NCBI GenBank assembly: GCA_965214405.1
Contig: OZ243956.1
Span: 3,648,001 to 3,712,000 of the forward strand
DNA length: 64,000 nucleotides
Direction: 5' to 3'
Source of the DNA: Trueperaceae bacterium
GTDB lineage: Bacteria; Deinococcota; Deinococci; Deinococcales; Trueperaceae
The translations under genes and the position numbers were made by a program. The notes below the pieces were generated by a model that was given only the letters and a program-made list of their open reading frames with translations, ran no database searches and had not been told where the DNA came from. Below are positions 18,595 through 27,605 of the stretch, in pieces; position 1 is the first letter of the stretch; every line of letters begins with the position of its first letter.

Positions 18595-18676
18595 AAAAAA
18601 GAGAACTTTGAGGTCTCTCCACCAGGGGGCAGCGGGGGCAGTGGAGAGGGGGCTCAAAGTTCTTAGAAAGACTATA
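18595..18676 (-). ncRNA. Candidate small RNA or attenuator hairpin with C-rich loop
   Basis: -10 TATAGT (18671-18676), then an 11-bp plus 8-bp stem, loop UGCCCCCGCUGCCCCCUG and a U6 tail. Confidence 0.4.
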
Positions 18677-18747
18677 AGCTCAGTCGCGCTTGCGAAATCT
18701 TACACAGAATTTTTCAAATCGAAAAGTTAAGGGAAGAGGCTCGAGCC

Positions 18748-18951
18748 CTAACCCGAAACCTTCTCTAAGTGAAACGTCACCTTGATGGGGTCGTCCGTCC
18801 CCTCGTCCGGATAATCCTGGTCCATAAGGCGCACGTAATACCGCTCGCCCTGCCACTCGACCGTCGCGTCGGGTTCCATAAAAGCGAGCTCGAAACGCTC
18901 CTTTTGCTCGTCGCTGAGGCGGCTGTCGTCAACCTGAATGGTTTCTGCCAT
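18748..18951 (-). CDS. Small acidic hypothetical protein
   Basis: TACACT 6 nt before ATG; 67 aa with host-like codon use. Confidence 0.6.
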   Translation of the reverse strand: MAETIQVDDSRLSDEQKERFELAFMEPDATVEWQGERYYVRLMDQDYPDEGTDDPIKVTFHLEKVSG

Positions 18952-18980
18952 AGCTCTAGTGTAACAGTGATGAAAAGCAG

Positions 18981-19043
18981 GGGTGAGTGATGCGTGGGTC
19001 GTGGTTAGCTTTTCTAATCACTCATCACTAGCCACTCACCACT
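18981..19043. repeat. Inverted arrays of heptamer repeats just after the M23 gene stop
   Basis: Minus strand AGTGGTG-AGTGGCT-AGTGATG-AGTGATT with an imperfect complementary arm. Confidence 0.65.
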
Positions 19044-20066
19044 TTAGTTCCCCAGCCACTGCACCGGGTCCACCGGCGTCCCCAAGACCCGCACCTCCCA
19101 GTGCAGGTGCGGTCCCGTCACCAGACCCGTCGTGCCCACTTTGCCCAACAGGGTTCCGGCGGTGACGGTGTCGCCCTCTTCCACGTCGATTTCGCTGAGG
19201 TGGTTGTAGACGCTGCACACGCCTAGACCGTGGCGCAACATCACCGTATTGCCCCGCACGGTGAGGGGTTCGGCGAGCATGACGAGGCCGTCCGCGGGCG
19301 CGGTGATGGGCGTGCCGGTCGCGCCCCGCAAATCTTGCCCCCGGTGAAAGGAGCCGTAGGGACCGCCGTTATACGAGCGCAGCGTGCCGAAGGCCGAGGT
19401 CTGAGTTGGGCCCGCCACAGGGGAGCGGAAGGGGCCGTTCCAACGCTTGACGGCTTCAAAGGGGCGGCAAAGCGTTTCGATGCGCGCCGACTCCGCGGTG
19501 GTGAGCGCCGGGTCGAGGAGCTTGCTCGTCTCGGCTGACAGGGTGATGTTCTCGCGCGCGTAGCCGCCGGACGCGACGCGGACGGGCAGCGAGAGAACAA
19601 CTTCGTCGTTTTGGAGAAGCTCGAGCGCAACCACCCCCACCTCCTGAAGCACGGGCACCGCGAGCACCGCCTCTTGCACATGGCGTGAGGGTGACGCCTG
19701 AGCGGGTGCCAGAGCGTAGTCCACGCCAAGAAAGCGCGCGCGCAAGGGCGCGTCCGTCCGGGTCTCGACCGAAAGCATAAGCGCCCGCCCCTGCACGCCC
19801 GTTTGCGGCTCGAGCGTCACCTCCTCAAAGGGCGCGGGCAGCGGGTTCGGCCAGGCAATGTCGGGGGCGAGGGTGAGGACTTGGCCCACCTCGAGCGCGT
19901 TGGGATTCGCAAGATTGTTGAGGCCCACAAGTTCGCTTACGCTCACCCCAAACTGTGCGGCGATGCGGGTGAGGGTGTCGCCGGGTTGGACGGTGTAGGT
20001 GCTCGGTTGCGCCAGGGCGAGGGAAAAGGCGCTCAGCAACAGCGCGATCAAAAAAGGTGATTTCAT
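19044..20066 (-). CDS. LysM plus M23 family peptidase
   Basis: Signal peptide, YTVQPGDTLTRIA LysM, HRGQD and TGPHLHWE M23 zinc motifs. Confidence 0.92.
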   Translation of the reverse strand: MKSPFLIALLLSAFSLALAQPSTYTVQPGDTLTRIAAQFGVSVSELVGLNNLANPNALEVGQVLTLAPDIAWPNPLPAPFEEVTLEPQTGVQGRALMLSVETRTDAPLRARFLGVDYALAPAQASPSRHVQEAVLAVPVLQEVGVVALELLQNDEVVLSLPVRVASGGYARENITLSAETSKLLDPALTTAESARIETLCRPFEAVKRWNGPFRSPVAGPTQTSAFGTLRSYNGGPYGSFHRGQDLRGATGTPITAPADGLVMLAEPLTVRGNTVMLRHGLGVCSVYNHLSEIDVEEGDTVTAGTLLGKVGTTGLVTGPHLHWEVRVLGTPVDPVQWLGN

Positions 20067-20158
20067 AGGCTCGAGCATACCTCCAGGTTCCTAAACCCAT
20101 GTAGGAGGGTGAAAAGGCTCACGTGGTTCAGGGTCGCGCTTGCTGTCCTCCCCGACGA

Positions 20159-20226
20159 AGGGTTGAGAAGTAGGGTTGAGAAGTGCTGACCCTATATTGA
20201 CAGGACCCCTTCGGGCGGTGCATACT
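20159..20226 (+). promoter_or_regulatory. Promoter with upstream 13-bp tandem repeat
   Basis: AGGGTTGAGAAGT x2 (20159-20184); TTGACA 20197-20202, 18 bp, CATACT 20221-20226. Confidence 0.6.
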
Positions 20227-20254
20227 AAACGAGTTCTGTGAAAGGGGTGACGCT

Positions 20255-20335
20255 ATGCCAATCTATACCTTTGCACCTGCACCATCCGCCAGGCGCGCGG
20301 CCCCTTCGTGTACTTTTTATCCGCGTCTTTCCTAA
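20255..20335 (+). CDS. Candidate leader peptide MPIYTFAPAPSARRAAPSCTFYPRLS
   Basis: RBS AAAGGGGTGA 4 nt before ATG, right after the promoter; overlaps a long hairpin. Confidence 0.45.
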   Translation: MPIYTFAPAPSARRAAPSCTFYPRLS

Positions 20336-20461
20336 ACGCATAAAAAGGTTCTCAACCCACCTCGGCCGCGCGCCCCGTGCTACTCACACTATGGACACGG
20401 CACCATTGACGTGGGCGACACCCCCGTCAGCCGCGAGGCCCGTTTTGGGCAGAGGAGCCTT

Positions 20462-21346
20462 TTGAAGGATTTCGACGATTACGCCGACGAGCTAGAAAGT
20501 TTTAGCAAACGAAAAGACCGCCGCAAACCCAAAAGTAAACTTTCGGTTAAAGAATTAGCGGCCAATAAGAGCAAGACCTCGAGCGCCGCCAAGTTTGACG
20601 ACCCCGACTTACAACATCTTTACGAGCGGGGCCACCTGACCGAACTCGTGGGCGAACTCAAGAGCGGCAAGGAGGCGACGGTTTATCTGGCGCGGGGGCC
20701 GCAGGGCTTACTTGCCGCCAAGGTCTACAGCGATATGGCGGTGCGCTCGTTTAAGAACGACCAGGTGTACCGGCAGGGGCGCTACCTCTCGAGCAAGCGC
20801 ATCAAAAAGGCCATCGAACAGCGCTCGCGCACCGGCATGAAGGCGCAGCAGGCGCTCTGGATCATGCACGAGTACACGCAGCTTTGGGAGTTTTACAAGG
20901 CGGGCGTGAGCGTGCCCCGTCCCGTCGTGGGTCCGGGCGTCGAGGACATCGCGGGCGCGGGGCGCGTGGTGCTGATGAGCTTTGTTGGGGACGAGGCGGG
21001 CGCAGCGCCCAGACTTGCGGACGTAAAGCTCGAGCTTGAGACAGCCGAGAACGCGTTCGCTCAGAGTTTAGACATCATGGTGGACCTTCTCAAACTCGGT
21101 AAGGTCCACGGCGACTACTCGACCTACAACCTGCTCTGGTGGGAGGGTCGCGTGGTGGCGATTGACTTTCCGCAGGTGGTGGATATCGAGGAAAACCCTG
21201 AGGCCTGGGATTTGCTCTCTCGTGACGTGCGCTCGCTCTGCAAGTCGTTCAAGCCTTTTGGCGTCGAGGCGGAGCCGGGGTTGGTGGAGCTCGAGGTGAA
21301 AAAGCGCGCCAGGCGGAGCCCGGACCCGCTGCTACGCGCTTTGTGA
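20462..21346 (+). CDS. RIO1-family atypical protein kinase/ATPase
   Basis: LKSGKEATVY, AAKVY, VHGDYSTYNLL, IDFPQ; RBS AGGAG before TTG 20462. Confidence 0.88.
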   Translation: MKDFDDYADELESFSKRKDRRKPKSKLSVKELAANKSKTSSAAKFDDPDLQHLYERGHLTELVGELKSGKEATVYLARGPQGLLAAKVYSDMAVRSFKNDQVYRQGRYLSSKRIKKAIEQRSRTGMKAQQALWIMHEYTQLWEFYKAGVSVPRPVVGPGVEDIAGAGRVVLMSFVGDEAGAAPRLADVKLELETAENAFAQSLDIMVDLLKLGKVHGDYSTYNLLWWEGRVVAIDFPQVVDIEENPEAWDLLSRDVRSLCKSFKPFGVEAEPGLVELEVKKRARRSPDPLLRAL

Positions 21347-21367
21347 GAGCGGAGGTACAACAGCAGG

Positions 21368-22738
21368 TTACAAAGCCGCAGACGAAACGGCCTCTTCGGA
21401 CGCATGACTCTCCGGCTTACTCAATACGGCGTCGTGGTCCGGAATCAGTGTTTCGACTCGCCGGATAGTGGGGAACAGGTAGCCCCCGAGCCCCACCAGC
21501 GTGCCCACCACACCGGAGATCACGAACATGAGTCCCATCCCCGCGCCCGGTCCCGTGCCGACGAGCGGACCCAGAAGATTGGCGAGCGCGCCCCCCGGCA
21601 TCATGGCGGGTTCAAACACCGCGTCGGCCAGAGGACCCGCTAAGAGCATGGCGACGGGCGCGCTCAGTTGCGCGATGAGGCGGCGCGCGGCGAAAACCTT
21701 GCCCTGCACGTCGGGCGCGACTTTGGCTTGCCAGATGGCCTGGTTTGAGCCGTTCAAGATGGGGATAAAAAAGGCGCTGAGAAAGGCCGCCACGAGCCAG
21801 AGCGGGAGGAATTGGCCGACGCCCATCAACGTTGCGCCGAGGAGGCTCGAGGCCGCCATCCCCACAAGCACCCCGTGAACACGTCTTTTCGGCCCGCCCC
21901 AGACGCTCAGCAGGACGCCCCCCGCCACGCCGCCGACACCCAGGGCCGACTGCACGCCCCCCAATATCAGCTCGTCGTTGCCGGTCCGCGCCAGAATCAT
22001 CGGCGCGAGCACGATAAAGCCAAAGGTGAAGATGAGGTTGATGGTGGTGAAAACGAGCTGCAAGCCGAGGAGGCTCGGGCGCTTGACGATGTAGCGAAAG
22101 CCGTAAAGCGACTCCTTGAAGAGGCTCCCCCGGCTCCCTTTGCCTTCTTCCGACGCCTCCGGCTGCGGGATGGCGACCCACAGCAGCGCGAGGAGCGCGA
22201 CGGTAAAGGTCACGATGTCGATGACCATGATGCCGCCGATGCCAATAACCGTGAGGAGCACCCCCGCGAGCACGGGCGCGGCGATGGCCGAAGCCGATTC
22301 AGCCAAGGACAACATCCCGCTCGCCCGCGCGTACTGCGCCTTGGGGAGCATCGTGGAAATCGCCGCTGAATAGGCCGGAAACTGGAACGCGCCAAAGGCC
22401 CCCGTCCACGCGCCTAAAACGTAGAGGTGCCAGACCTTGAGCCCCCCCGACAGGTAAAGCGCCAGCGTCACCACCGTCGCCGCGCCCGCGCCTAAATCCG
22501 AGAGCATCATGACCAGCTTGCGGTTCCACCTGTCCACGAGCGCGCCCGCCACGGGGCTTAACAGCACGGTGGGGCCGAAGGTGAAAAAGCCGACCAAGGC
22601 CAGCGCCGTCGCCTGCTCCGTCACCTGCCACGCCCAAATGGTCAGCGCAAAGCCCGTCATGGCGGTGCCCAAGAGTGAGACCACCTGACCTAGCCAAACA
22701 ACCGTAAAGCCGGTCATGCCGGTGGGGGAGCGCGTCAC
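21368..22738 (-). CDS. MFS transporter (DHA3/MefA-like)
   Basis: WLGQVVSLLG, AGALVDRWNRKLVM, QGKVFAARR; about 12 TM segments. Confidence 0.9.
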   Translation of the reverse strand: MTRSPTGMTGFTVVWLGQVVSLLGTAMTGFALTIWAWQVTEQATALALVGFFTFGPTVLLSPVAGALVDRWNRKLVMMLSDLGAGAATVVTLALYLSGGLKVWHLYVLGAWTGAFGAFQFPAYSAAISTMLPKAQYARASGMLSLAESASAIAAPVLAGVLLTVIGIGGIMVIDIVTFTVALLALLWVAIPQPEASEEGKGSRGSLFKESLYGFRYIVKRPSLLGLQLVFTTINLIFTFGFIVLAPMILARTGNDELILGGVQSALGVGGVAGGVLLSVWGGPKRRVHGVLVGMAASSLLGATLMGVGQFLPLWLVAAFLSAFFIPILNGSNQAIWQAKVAPDVQGKVFAARRLIAQLSAPVAMLLAGPLADAVFEPAMMPGGALANLLGPLVGTGPGAGMGLMFVISGVVGTLVGLGGYLFPTIRRVETLIPDHDAVLSKPESHASEEAVSSAAL

Positions 22739-22797
22739 GCCTCAATCTAAAGTACGTCTACTTGAAAAGGTAGGGGCGGGCTCGAGTAGACTCGCCT

Positions 22798-23427
22798 ATG
22801 ACTTCTCTCGTCGTCCGCAACCCCCAGGCCGTCGCTTTTCTCACCAACCCGGACTGCACGCGCCTTCTCAAGCCGTTCTTGTTTGGCGAGCGCACCATCA
22901 AAGAGGCGGCGGAGGCGCTTCATCTGGAACCGTCCGCGCTCTACTATCCCGTGAAAAGGATGTGCAACTTGGGACTTCTGGAGCCCACGCGCGAAATCCC
23001 GCGGCGCGGGCGCGCCTTAAAAGTCTACCGGGCGAGCGCGGAGAGATTTTTTGTACCCTTTGAGAATACGGGGGACGTGACGCTCGAGGGTTTTATCGCC
23101 ACCCTCGACGCGCAGTGGAACGCTGGCCTCATCAAGGGGTTGGCTGACGCGCACCGCCGCGCTGCGGGCCGCGCCGAGGGCTGGGGCCTGAGCATTTACC
23201 CCCATCCGTCGGGGCTCATGGTGCTCAATATCGTTCCCTCTCCCGATGTAGACTTCCAGCCGCTTCCCGGCGTCATCTCCTTGTGGGATACGGGCTACCA
23301 CCTGAGCGACGAAGACGTGAGCGCGTTGGACACTGAGATGAACATGTTGCTGGCGCGTTACCGTGAAAAACGCAGCGGGCCGCGCCGGGTGCTGAGGGTC
23401 GCGCTGGCACCCTGGAAAGACGGATAG
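22798..23427 (+). CDS. Winged-HTH (ArsR-like) regulator divergent from the MFS gene
   Basis: Reads MTSLVVRNPQ on the + strand (ORF track strand label is wrong); TIKEAAEALHLEPSALYYPVKRM HTH, GRALKVYRA wing. Confidence 0.75.
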   Translation: MTSLVVRNPQAVAFLTNPDCTRLLKPFLFGERTIKEAAEALHLEPSALYYPVKRMCNLGLLEPTREIPRRGRALKVYRASAERFFVPFENTGDVTLEGFIATLDAQWNAGLIKGLADAHRRAAGRAEGWGLSIYPHPSGLMVLNIVPSPDVDFQPLPGVISLWDTGYHLSDEDVSALDTEMNMLLARYREKRSGPRRVLRVALAPWKDG

Positions 23428-23531
23428 TCACCTTCTCACCACTTTCCGCGCATCACTTTCTTCTCACCACTCCGTACTTTATGTGACATCTTTTGGCGGC
23501 CTGTTGGACTAGATTAACAAGAGGAGGAAAC

Positions 23532-23867
23532 ATGGCTAACAGCGCGATTGAATTTACCGACCAAAACTTTTCGACCGAAACCAAAGAGGGCCTAGTTTTA
23601 GTGGACTTTTGGGCACCCTGGTGCGGCCCCTGCCGCATGGTCGGCCCCGTGATTGAAGAACTCGCCGGCGACTACGAGGGCAAAATCAAAGTAGGCAAGC
23701 TCAACGTGGACGACAACCAGCAAGTGGCGATGAACTACCGCGTCATGAGCATCCCCACCGTCATCTTGTTCAAAGACGGTGAGGCGGTCGAGACGATGAT
23801 CGGCGCGCAGCCCAAGGGCGCGTACGAAGCGCGCCTGAACAAGCACGTCGGGGCTGTGGCGAGCTAG
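23532..23867 (+). CDS. trxA: Thioredoxin
   Basis: RBS GAGGAGG; LVDFWAPWCGPCRM, MSIPT. Confidence 0.96.
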   Translation: MANSAIEFTDQNFSTETKEGLVLVDFWAPWCGPCRMVGPVIEELAGDYEGKIKVGKLNVDDNQQVAMNYRVMSIPTVILFKDGEAVETMIGAQPKGAYEARLNKHVGAVAS

Positions 23868-23886
23868 ACCAGGCGGATACAGAAAG

Positions 23887-23915
23887 AAGGGCGGCGCACC
23901 GTGCGCCGCCCTTTT
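23887..23915. terminator. Bidirectional intrinsic terminator
   Basis: AAGGGCGGCGCAC-C-GTGCGCCGCCCTTTT between converging genes. Confidence 0.8.
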
Positions 23916-23937
23916 CTCACGCTTCTTGTGACGTTGT

Positions 23938-26277
23938 TTACCAGTCAATCCGGGTCAGCGAATGGTGATAAATCGCGCCGTCTCTCGTTTCGGTGTAGTG
24001 GGTGTTCACCCCGACGTGCTCGCCCAACACCCGGAGCGTCGCGGGCACGAGGTCGGTGAGGTGCAAGAGGTCGCTGAAGGTGGGGGGCTCGGTGGGTTCG
24101 ACCTCCTCGGCGGTCTCCGTGTCGGTCTCTGCGTCGGTCTCTGTGGTTGGGGCGTCGCCTGGCGTGCGCGTCACGCTCAGCGTGAAGGGTTCCGCCTCCT
24201 CGCTGTAGTTGAGGACCTCGAGCCAGTACGTCACGTCCGCTTCGGCGGTGAAGGTGAGCACCGCGTCGGAATATACGGCGTAACTCTCGTCGGTGTAGAC
24301 GCTCCTTTCTTCGTCGATAAGCGAAAGAATGGCGTCGGAGAGACCCTCAAGCGTCACCGCGACCTCGTCGCCCGGCTCCAACCCGCTGAGGCTATAGTAG
24401 CGCGTGCCGTACACTTCGTTTTCGAAGGTGTCCTCCGTCATGGCGGGAGACGTCGAGACGTCAAAAGGCGTGGCCTCTATGCCGGTCAGATCGGCGTCGT
24501 ATTCCAGATCGAGGGTGTCGATGTTGTCAAAGCTCGTGTCGGAGAGCGTGGCGAGCCCCGCCGACACCGCAAAGGCGGCGGGCTGGCTAAAGAGGTCGAA
24601 AAAGTCCGCGGCAGCCCCGAGCTGCCTGCCGACCTCCTCGTACCCGCGCCCCAACACGGACGTCGGGGTGGTCTGGGTGGCGTTTTGGTAGCTCTCGGCC
24701 TCGAGCAAACTCTCCGTGTCGCCCTCGGAAACGTCTATAAGCGCCTCTAATGCGCGCGCGGGCGTGCCGACGACGAGGTAATCGTCTAAGAAACCCACGC
24801 CGACGTCGCCGTTAAGAGAATAGCGGTAACGCGTATAGGTTTCGTCCTTGTAGGTCACGCGCTCGCTCGCAATCTGCGTGAAAAAGGATAGGGTCGGGTC
24901 GTCCTCGAGCGCCAGCGCCTCCTCGAAAAGCGGGGTCAGAACGCGGCGGAACTCCTCGAACCCGGCCTCGGCGGCCTCGCGGCTGGCGACCGGGATGACC
25001 GCGACTTGCTCCTGTCCATAAAGGAGCGTGCGGAGGTCCATGTTGACGGGCTCGAGCACCGCGCTGTAGCCCTCTGCGCCGAGCCAGTTGAACAAGGCCA
25101 CGTCGATGTCGAAATCGAACTCCTCGCGGAGCAGGTCGCGCAGGTTGATGGACACCTCCATCGACGGCGGCGCGGCGTCGAGCAGGCCCTGGAGGTAGTT
25201 AAATACGTCCTCGAGCGGCAAACGGTAAACATTCGCCGTGACGCTGCCCGCGGGGGCCAAAAAGGGACTCCCCACCGAACAATTCTCACACAGAAGGAGG
25301 CTGGCGAGCGCCGCGTCGCCCCCGGCGGGGTTGACCGCGGTCACGTTTTCGAACAGCATTCCCTCGGGCGTCGCGCTTAAGATCCCTGCGTAACCGCCGA
25401 GAGTGCGAAGGAAGGCCGTGCCGCGCTCCAGAAGATAATCGTCTTCCGGGGAGCTTGCCACCGTGCTGCCAAAGCCCTCGAGCACCTCCGCAAGCGCGGC
25501 GAAGTCGAGCGTGAGGCTGAGCTGACCCTCGCCCGCGTCCAACGCCGCCATCCTTTGGTAGAGCGCGCTGTCGGCGAAGCTCGGCTCGGACGACCCGTTG
25601 ATACGGCGAATCACCCCGCGCAGGGGCTCGGGGCCGGTGCCGAAAAAGTAGAGATCGTCAACCCGCCCGATCACCAGAGGCAAGTCGCTCCCGTCGCCCA
25701 TGATGTAGAGGGTGGCGCCGTCTTGCTCGAGCGGCTCCAGATCGCCGGAGGCTTCCATGCAAGACACGTACGCGTCGAACGACCTTTGCTGAACGTTGGT
25801 TTCATCCTCGACGCGCATGAGGGCGACCGCCGTCGGGACCGGGTTGAAGGAGCTCACGCCCACGGTGAGGAGCGCGTCGACGGGAACCGAATAGCCGTTG
25901 CGGGTCGCCTCCTGGACGGCTTCCGCGGCCTCGATGTAAGCGGGGCACGTGGCGAGGTCGGGCGTAAAAACTGCCGCCGCCGCCACGGGATCGCTGTAAC
26001 TCAACAAAATCGCGTTGTAAAGCCTGAACAAGTTCTGCGTGTCGGGGTCGCCCGCTCTTTCGCCCGCCACGCTCGTGAGCGTCTCGAGCGTTTCTCTCGC
26101 CCGCGCCCAATCGAGCGCGGCGACGTCGTCGCCCAGGGTGCCGAACATGTCGGGGCGGACCTGCATCCCCAGGCTCAAGACGGTGTCGGCGGGGGCCAGG
26201 TTTGCCAGGGGCTGAGCCCAGCTTAGGCTGGCAGTGGCAAAGAGGGTAAGGGCGGCGAGTAAGAAAAAACGTTTCAT
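23938..26277 (-). CDS. Large acidic exported protein with a PPC-like beta-sandwich insert near the C-terminus
   Basis: RBS AAAGGAG; signal peptide MKRFFLLAALTLFATASLSWAQ; GDEVAVTL...TYWLEVLNY segment. Confidence 0.7.
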   Translation of the reverse strand: MKRFFLLAALTLFATASLSWAQPLANLAPADTVLSLGMQVRPDMFGTLGDDVAALDWARARETLETLTSVAGERAGDPDTQNLFRLYNAILLSYSDPVAAAAVFTPDLATCPAYIEAAEAVQEATRNGYSVPVDALLTVGVSSFNPVPTAVALMRVEDETNVQQRSFDAYVSCMEASGDLEPLEQDGATLYIMGDGSDLPLVIGRVDDLYFFGTGPEPLRGVIRRINGSSEPSFADSALYQRMAALDAGEGQLSLTLDFAALAEVLEGFGSTVASSPEDDYLLERGTAFLRTLGGYAGILSATPEGMLFENVTAVNPAGGDAALASLLLCENCSVGSPFLAPAGSVTANVYRLPLEDVFNYLQGLLDAAPPSMEVSINLRDLLREEFDFDIDVALFNWLGAEGYSAVLEPVNMDLRTLLYGQEQVAVIPVASREAAEAGFEEFRRVLTPLFEEALALEDDPTLSFFTQIASERVTYKDETYTRYRYSLNGDVGVGFLDDYLVVGTPARALEALIDVSEGDTESLLEAESYQNATQTTPTSVLGRGYEEVGRQLGAAADFFDLFSQPAAFAVSAGLATLSDTSFDNIDTLDLEYDADLTGIEATPFDVSTSPAMTEDTFENEVYGTRYYSLSGLEPGDEVAVTLEGLSDAILSLIDEERSVYTDESYAVYSDAVLTFTAEADVTYWLEVLNYSEEAEPFTLSVTRTPGDAPTTETDAETDTETAEEVEPTEPPTFSDLLHLTDLVPATLRVLGEHVGVNTHYTETRDGAIYHHSLTRIDW

Positions 26278-26475
26278 GCGTCTCCTTTCGGTACGTACAC
26301 GTAAGTGCGGCGCTTCGGGCGTCCCTGCGCCGAGCGTAAGAGCGGGGCGTGGACCGTCCTGCTAACGGTGTCTCAGGCCGGGATGTGCAGCGAATGTTTG
26401 GCAGGACACGTCAAGAGATACTATAACCGAACGCCCTGCCTGAACGCTTTTAATTGGAGGGTTTGGCTCAGGTTG

Positions 26476-26847
26476 TCAACTAGAAGCGTCCTGCCCCCCC
26501 ACTCTAACCGCGCTCACCCCCTCGGGTGTGACGAGCCACTCGAGGTCGGTGACGTTGCTCGAGACGAAGCGCAATGTGTACGCGTCCCCGCTGAAACCCT
26601 CCACCCGCCACTGCACCCCCTGCGGCGGCGTAAGGTCGACGAGCGCGTTCGTCGTGTACTGCCCCGTCTGCAAACGCGCGAGCTCCATCAGGTGCCACGC
26701 TTCCAAGGCGGCGCGGTTAATAGCGACGGCCTCGGGTGTGTCCAGGGTGATGGTCGAGCCGGTGGCGGGTGCGCCTTGGGTGGCCTGGGGGGCGCAGGCG
26801 CTTAGGAGGAGGCCCAGGAGGGCGGTGAGCAAAAGTAATTTGTTCAT
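26476..26847 (-). CDS. Putative lipoprotein
   Basis: MNKLLLLTALLGLLLSAC lipobox; TATGAT 5 nt before ATG. Confidence 0.75.
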   Translation of the reverse strand: MNKLLLLTALLGLLLSACAPQATQGAPATGSTITLDTPEAVAINRAALEAWHLMELARLQTGQYTTNALVDLTPPQGVQWRVEGFSGDAYTLRFVSSNVTDLEWLVTPEGVSAVRVGGQDASS

Positions 26848-26933
26848 GCGTCATCATAGCGTGCGGCGGGCGTGGTTGCATGAAGGGTGTTGGGGTGGCT
26901 TATAGATGTGAACTTAGAACCGGAAAAACTGCA

Positions 26934-27335
26934 TCAACCTTCTGCCCAGCTCTCTAAACGCAATCCTTCAATCCGCCCAAAATGTTTCAGATTATTCGTA
27001 ACCAGTGTGAGGTCATGTTCTAGCGCGGTCGCCGCAATAAGCAAATCTGCGTCGGCCAATCGCGTGCCTTGCGCCTCGAGCACGGCTTTAAGTCTTCCAA
27101 ACCGCGTCATCTCAGCGTTACTTAAAGCGATGCTGAGGAGCGTTTTGCATAACCGGTCAACTTCGGCTTCCCGTTCGGCTCGCTTTTGAGACTTTGCCGC
27201 ACCGTAATAAAGCTCGCCGATGCACATGGCGCTCGTGCAAAGGTCGCTTATGGGAAGGCTAAGAAGTTTCTGTGTTACCTCGGGATGACCTCGCAAATAG
27301 AAGACAAGTGTGTCCGTGTCGAGCAGATAGACCAC
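26934..27335 (-). CDS. vapC: VapC-family PIN toxin
   Basis: YLLDTD, IGELYYG, DLLIAATA, LVTNNLKHF. Confidence 0.92.
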   Translation of the reverse strand: MVYLLDTDTLVFYLRGHPEVTQKLLSLPISDLCTSAMCIGELYYGAAKSQKRAEREAEVDRLCKTLLSIALSNAEMTRFGRLKAVLEAQGTRLADADLLIAATALEHDLTLVTNNLKHFGRIEGLRLESWAEG

Positions 27336-27560
27336 CTAGAGGTCTACCTCACGACCGAAGGTTCTTCTGGGGAGGAGGTCCTTATCTGAAAGAGGTTCAT
27401 CACGCCACGCCCCTGCTAAGCTCGCAAGCGGGTGAACATCATCCTTAGTTTCACCTTCCGGCAACCGCTTCGCCAAGAGAAATTCGGCAAAGTCTTCGAC
27501 CTCTTTTTGGAGGTCGGGGGGCAAAGCTGCAAATGTGCGCTCGAAACTTCTGCTAGCCAT
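27336..27560 (-). CDS. DUF2281-type antitoxin
   Basis: LPPDLQKEVEDFAEFLL; TATAAT 6 nt before ATG 27560; abuts vapC. Confidence 0.8.
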   Translation of the reverse strand: MASRSFERTFAALPPDLQKEVEDFAEFLLAKRLPEGETKDDVHPLASLAGAWRDEPLSDKDLLPRRTFGREVDL

Positions 27561-27605
27561 AGCACTATTATACTGTTTCGGCCTCAATTATCCCTTTTAG
27601 CCTTC

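Noticed and set aside
22798..23427. ORF track labels this ORF as minus strand
   Set aside because: The given translation reads from ATG 22798 on the plus strand. Strand labels for 18983-19165 and 46239-46478 are also inconsistent with their translations.
26360..26410. TPP riboswitch suggested by CTGAGA on the minus strand
   Set aside because: The other conserved TPP elements are missing and the downstream gene is unrelated to thiamine
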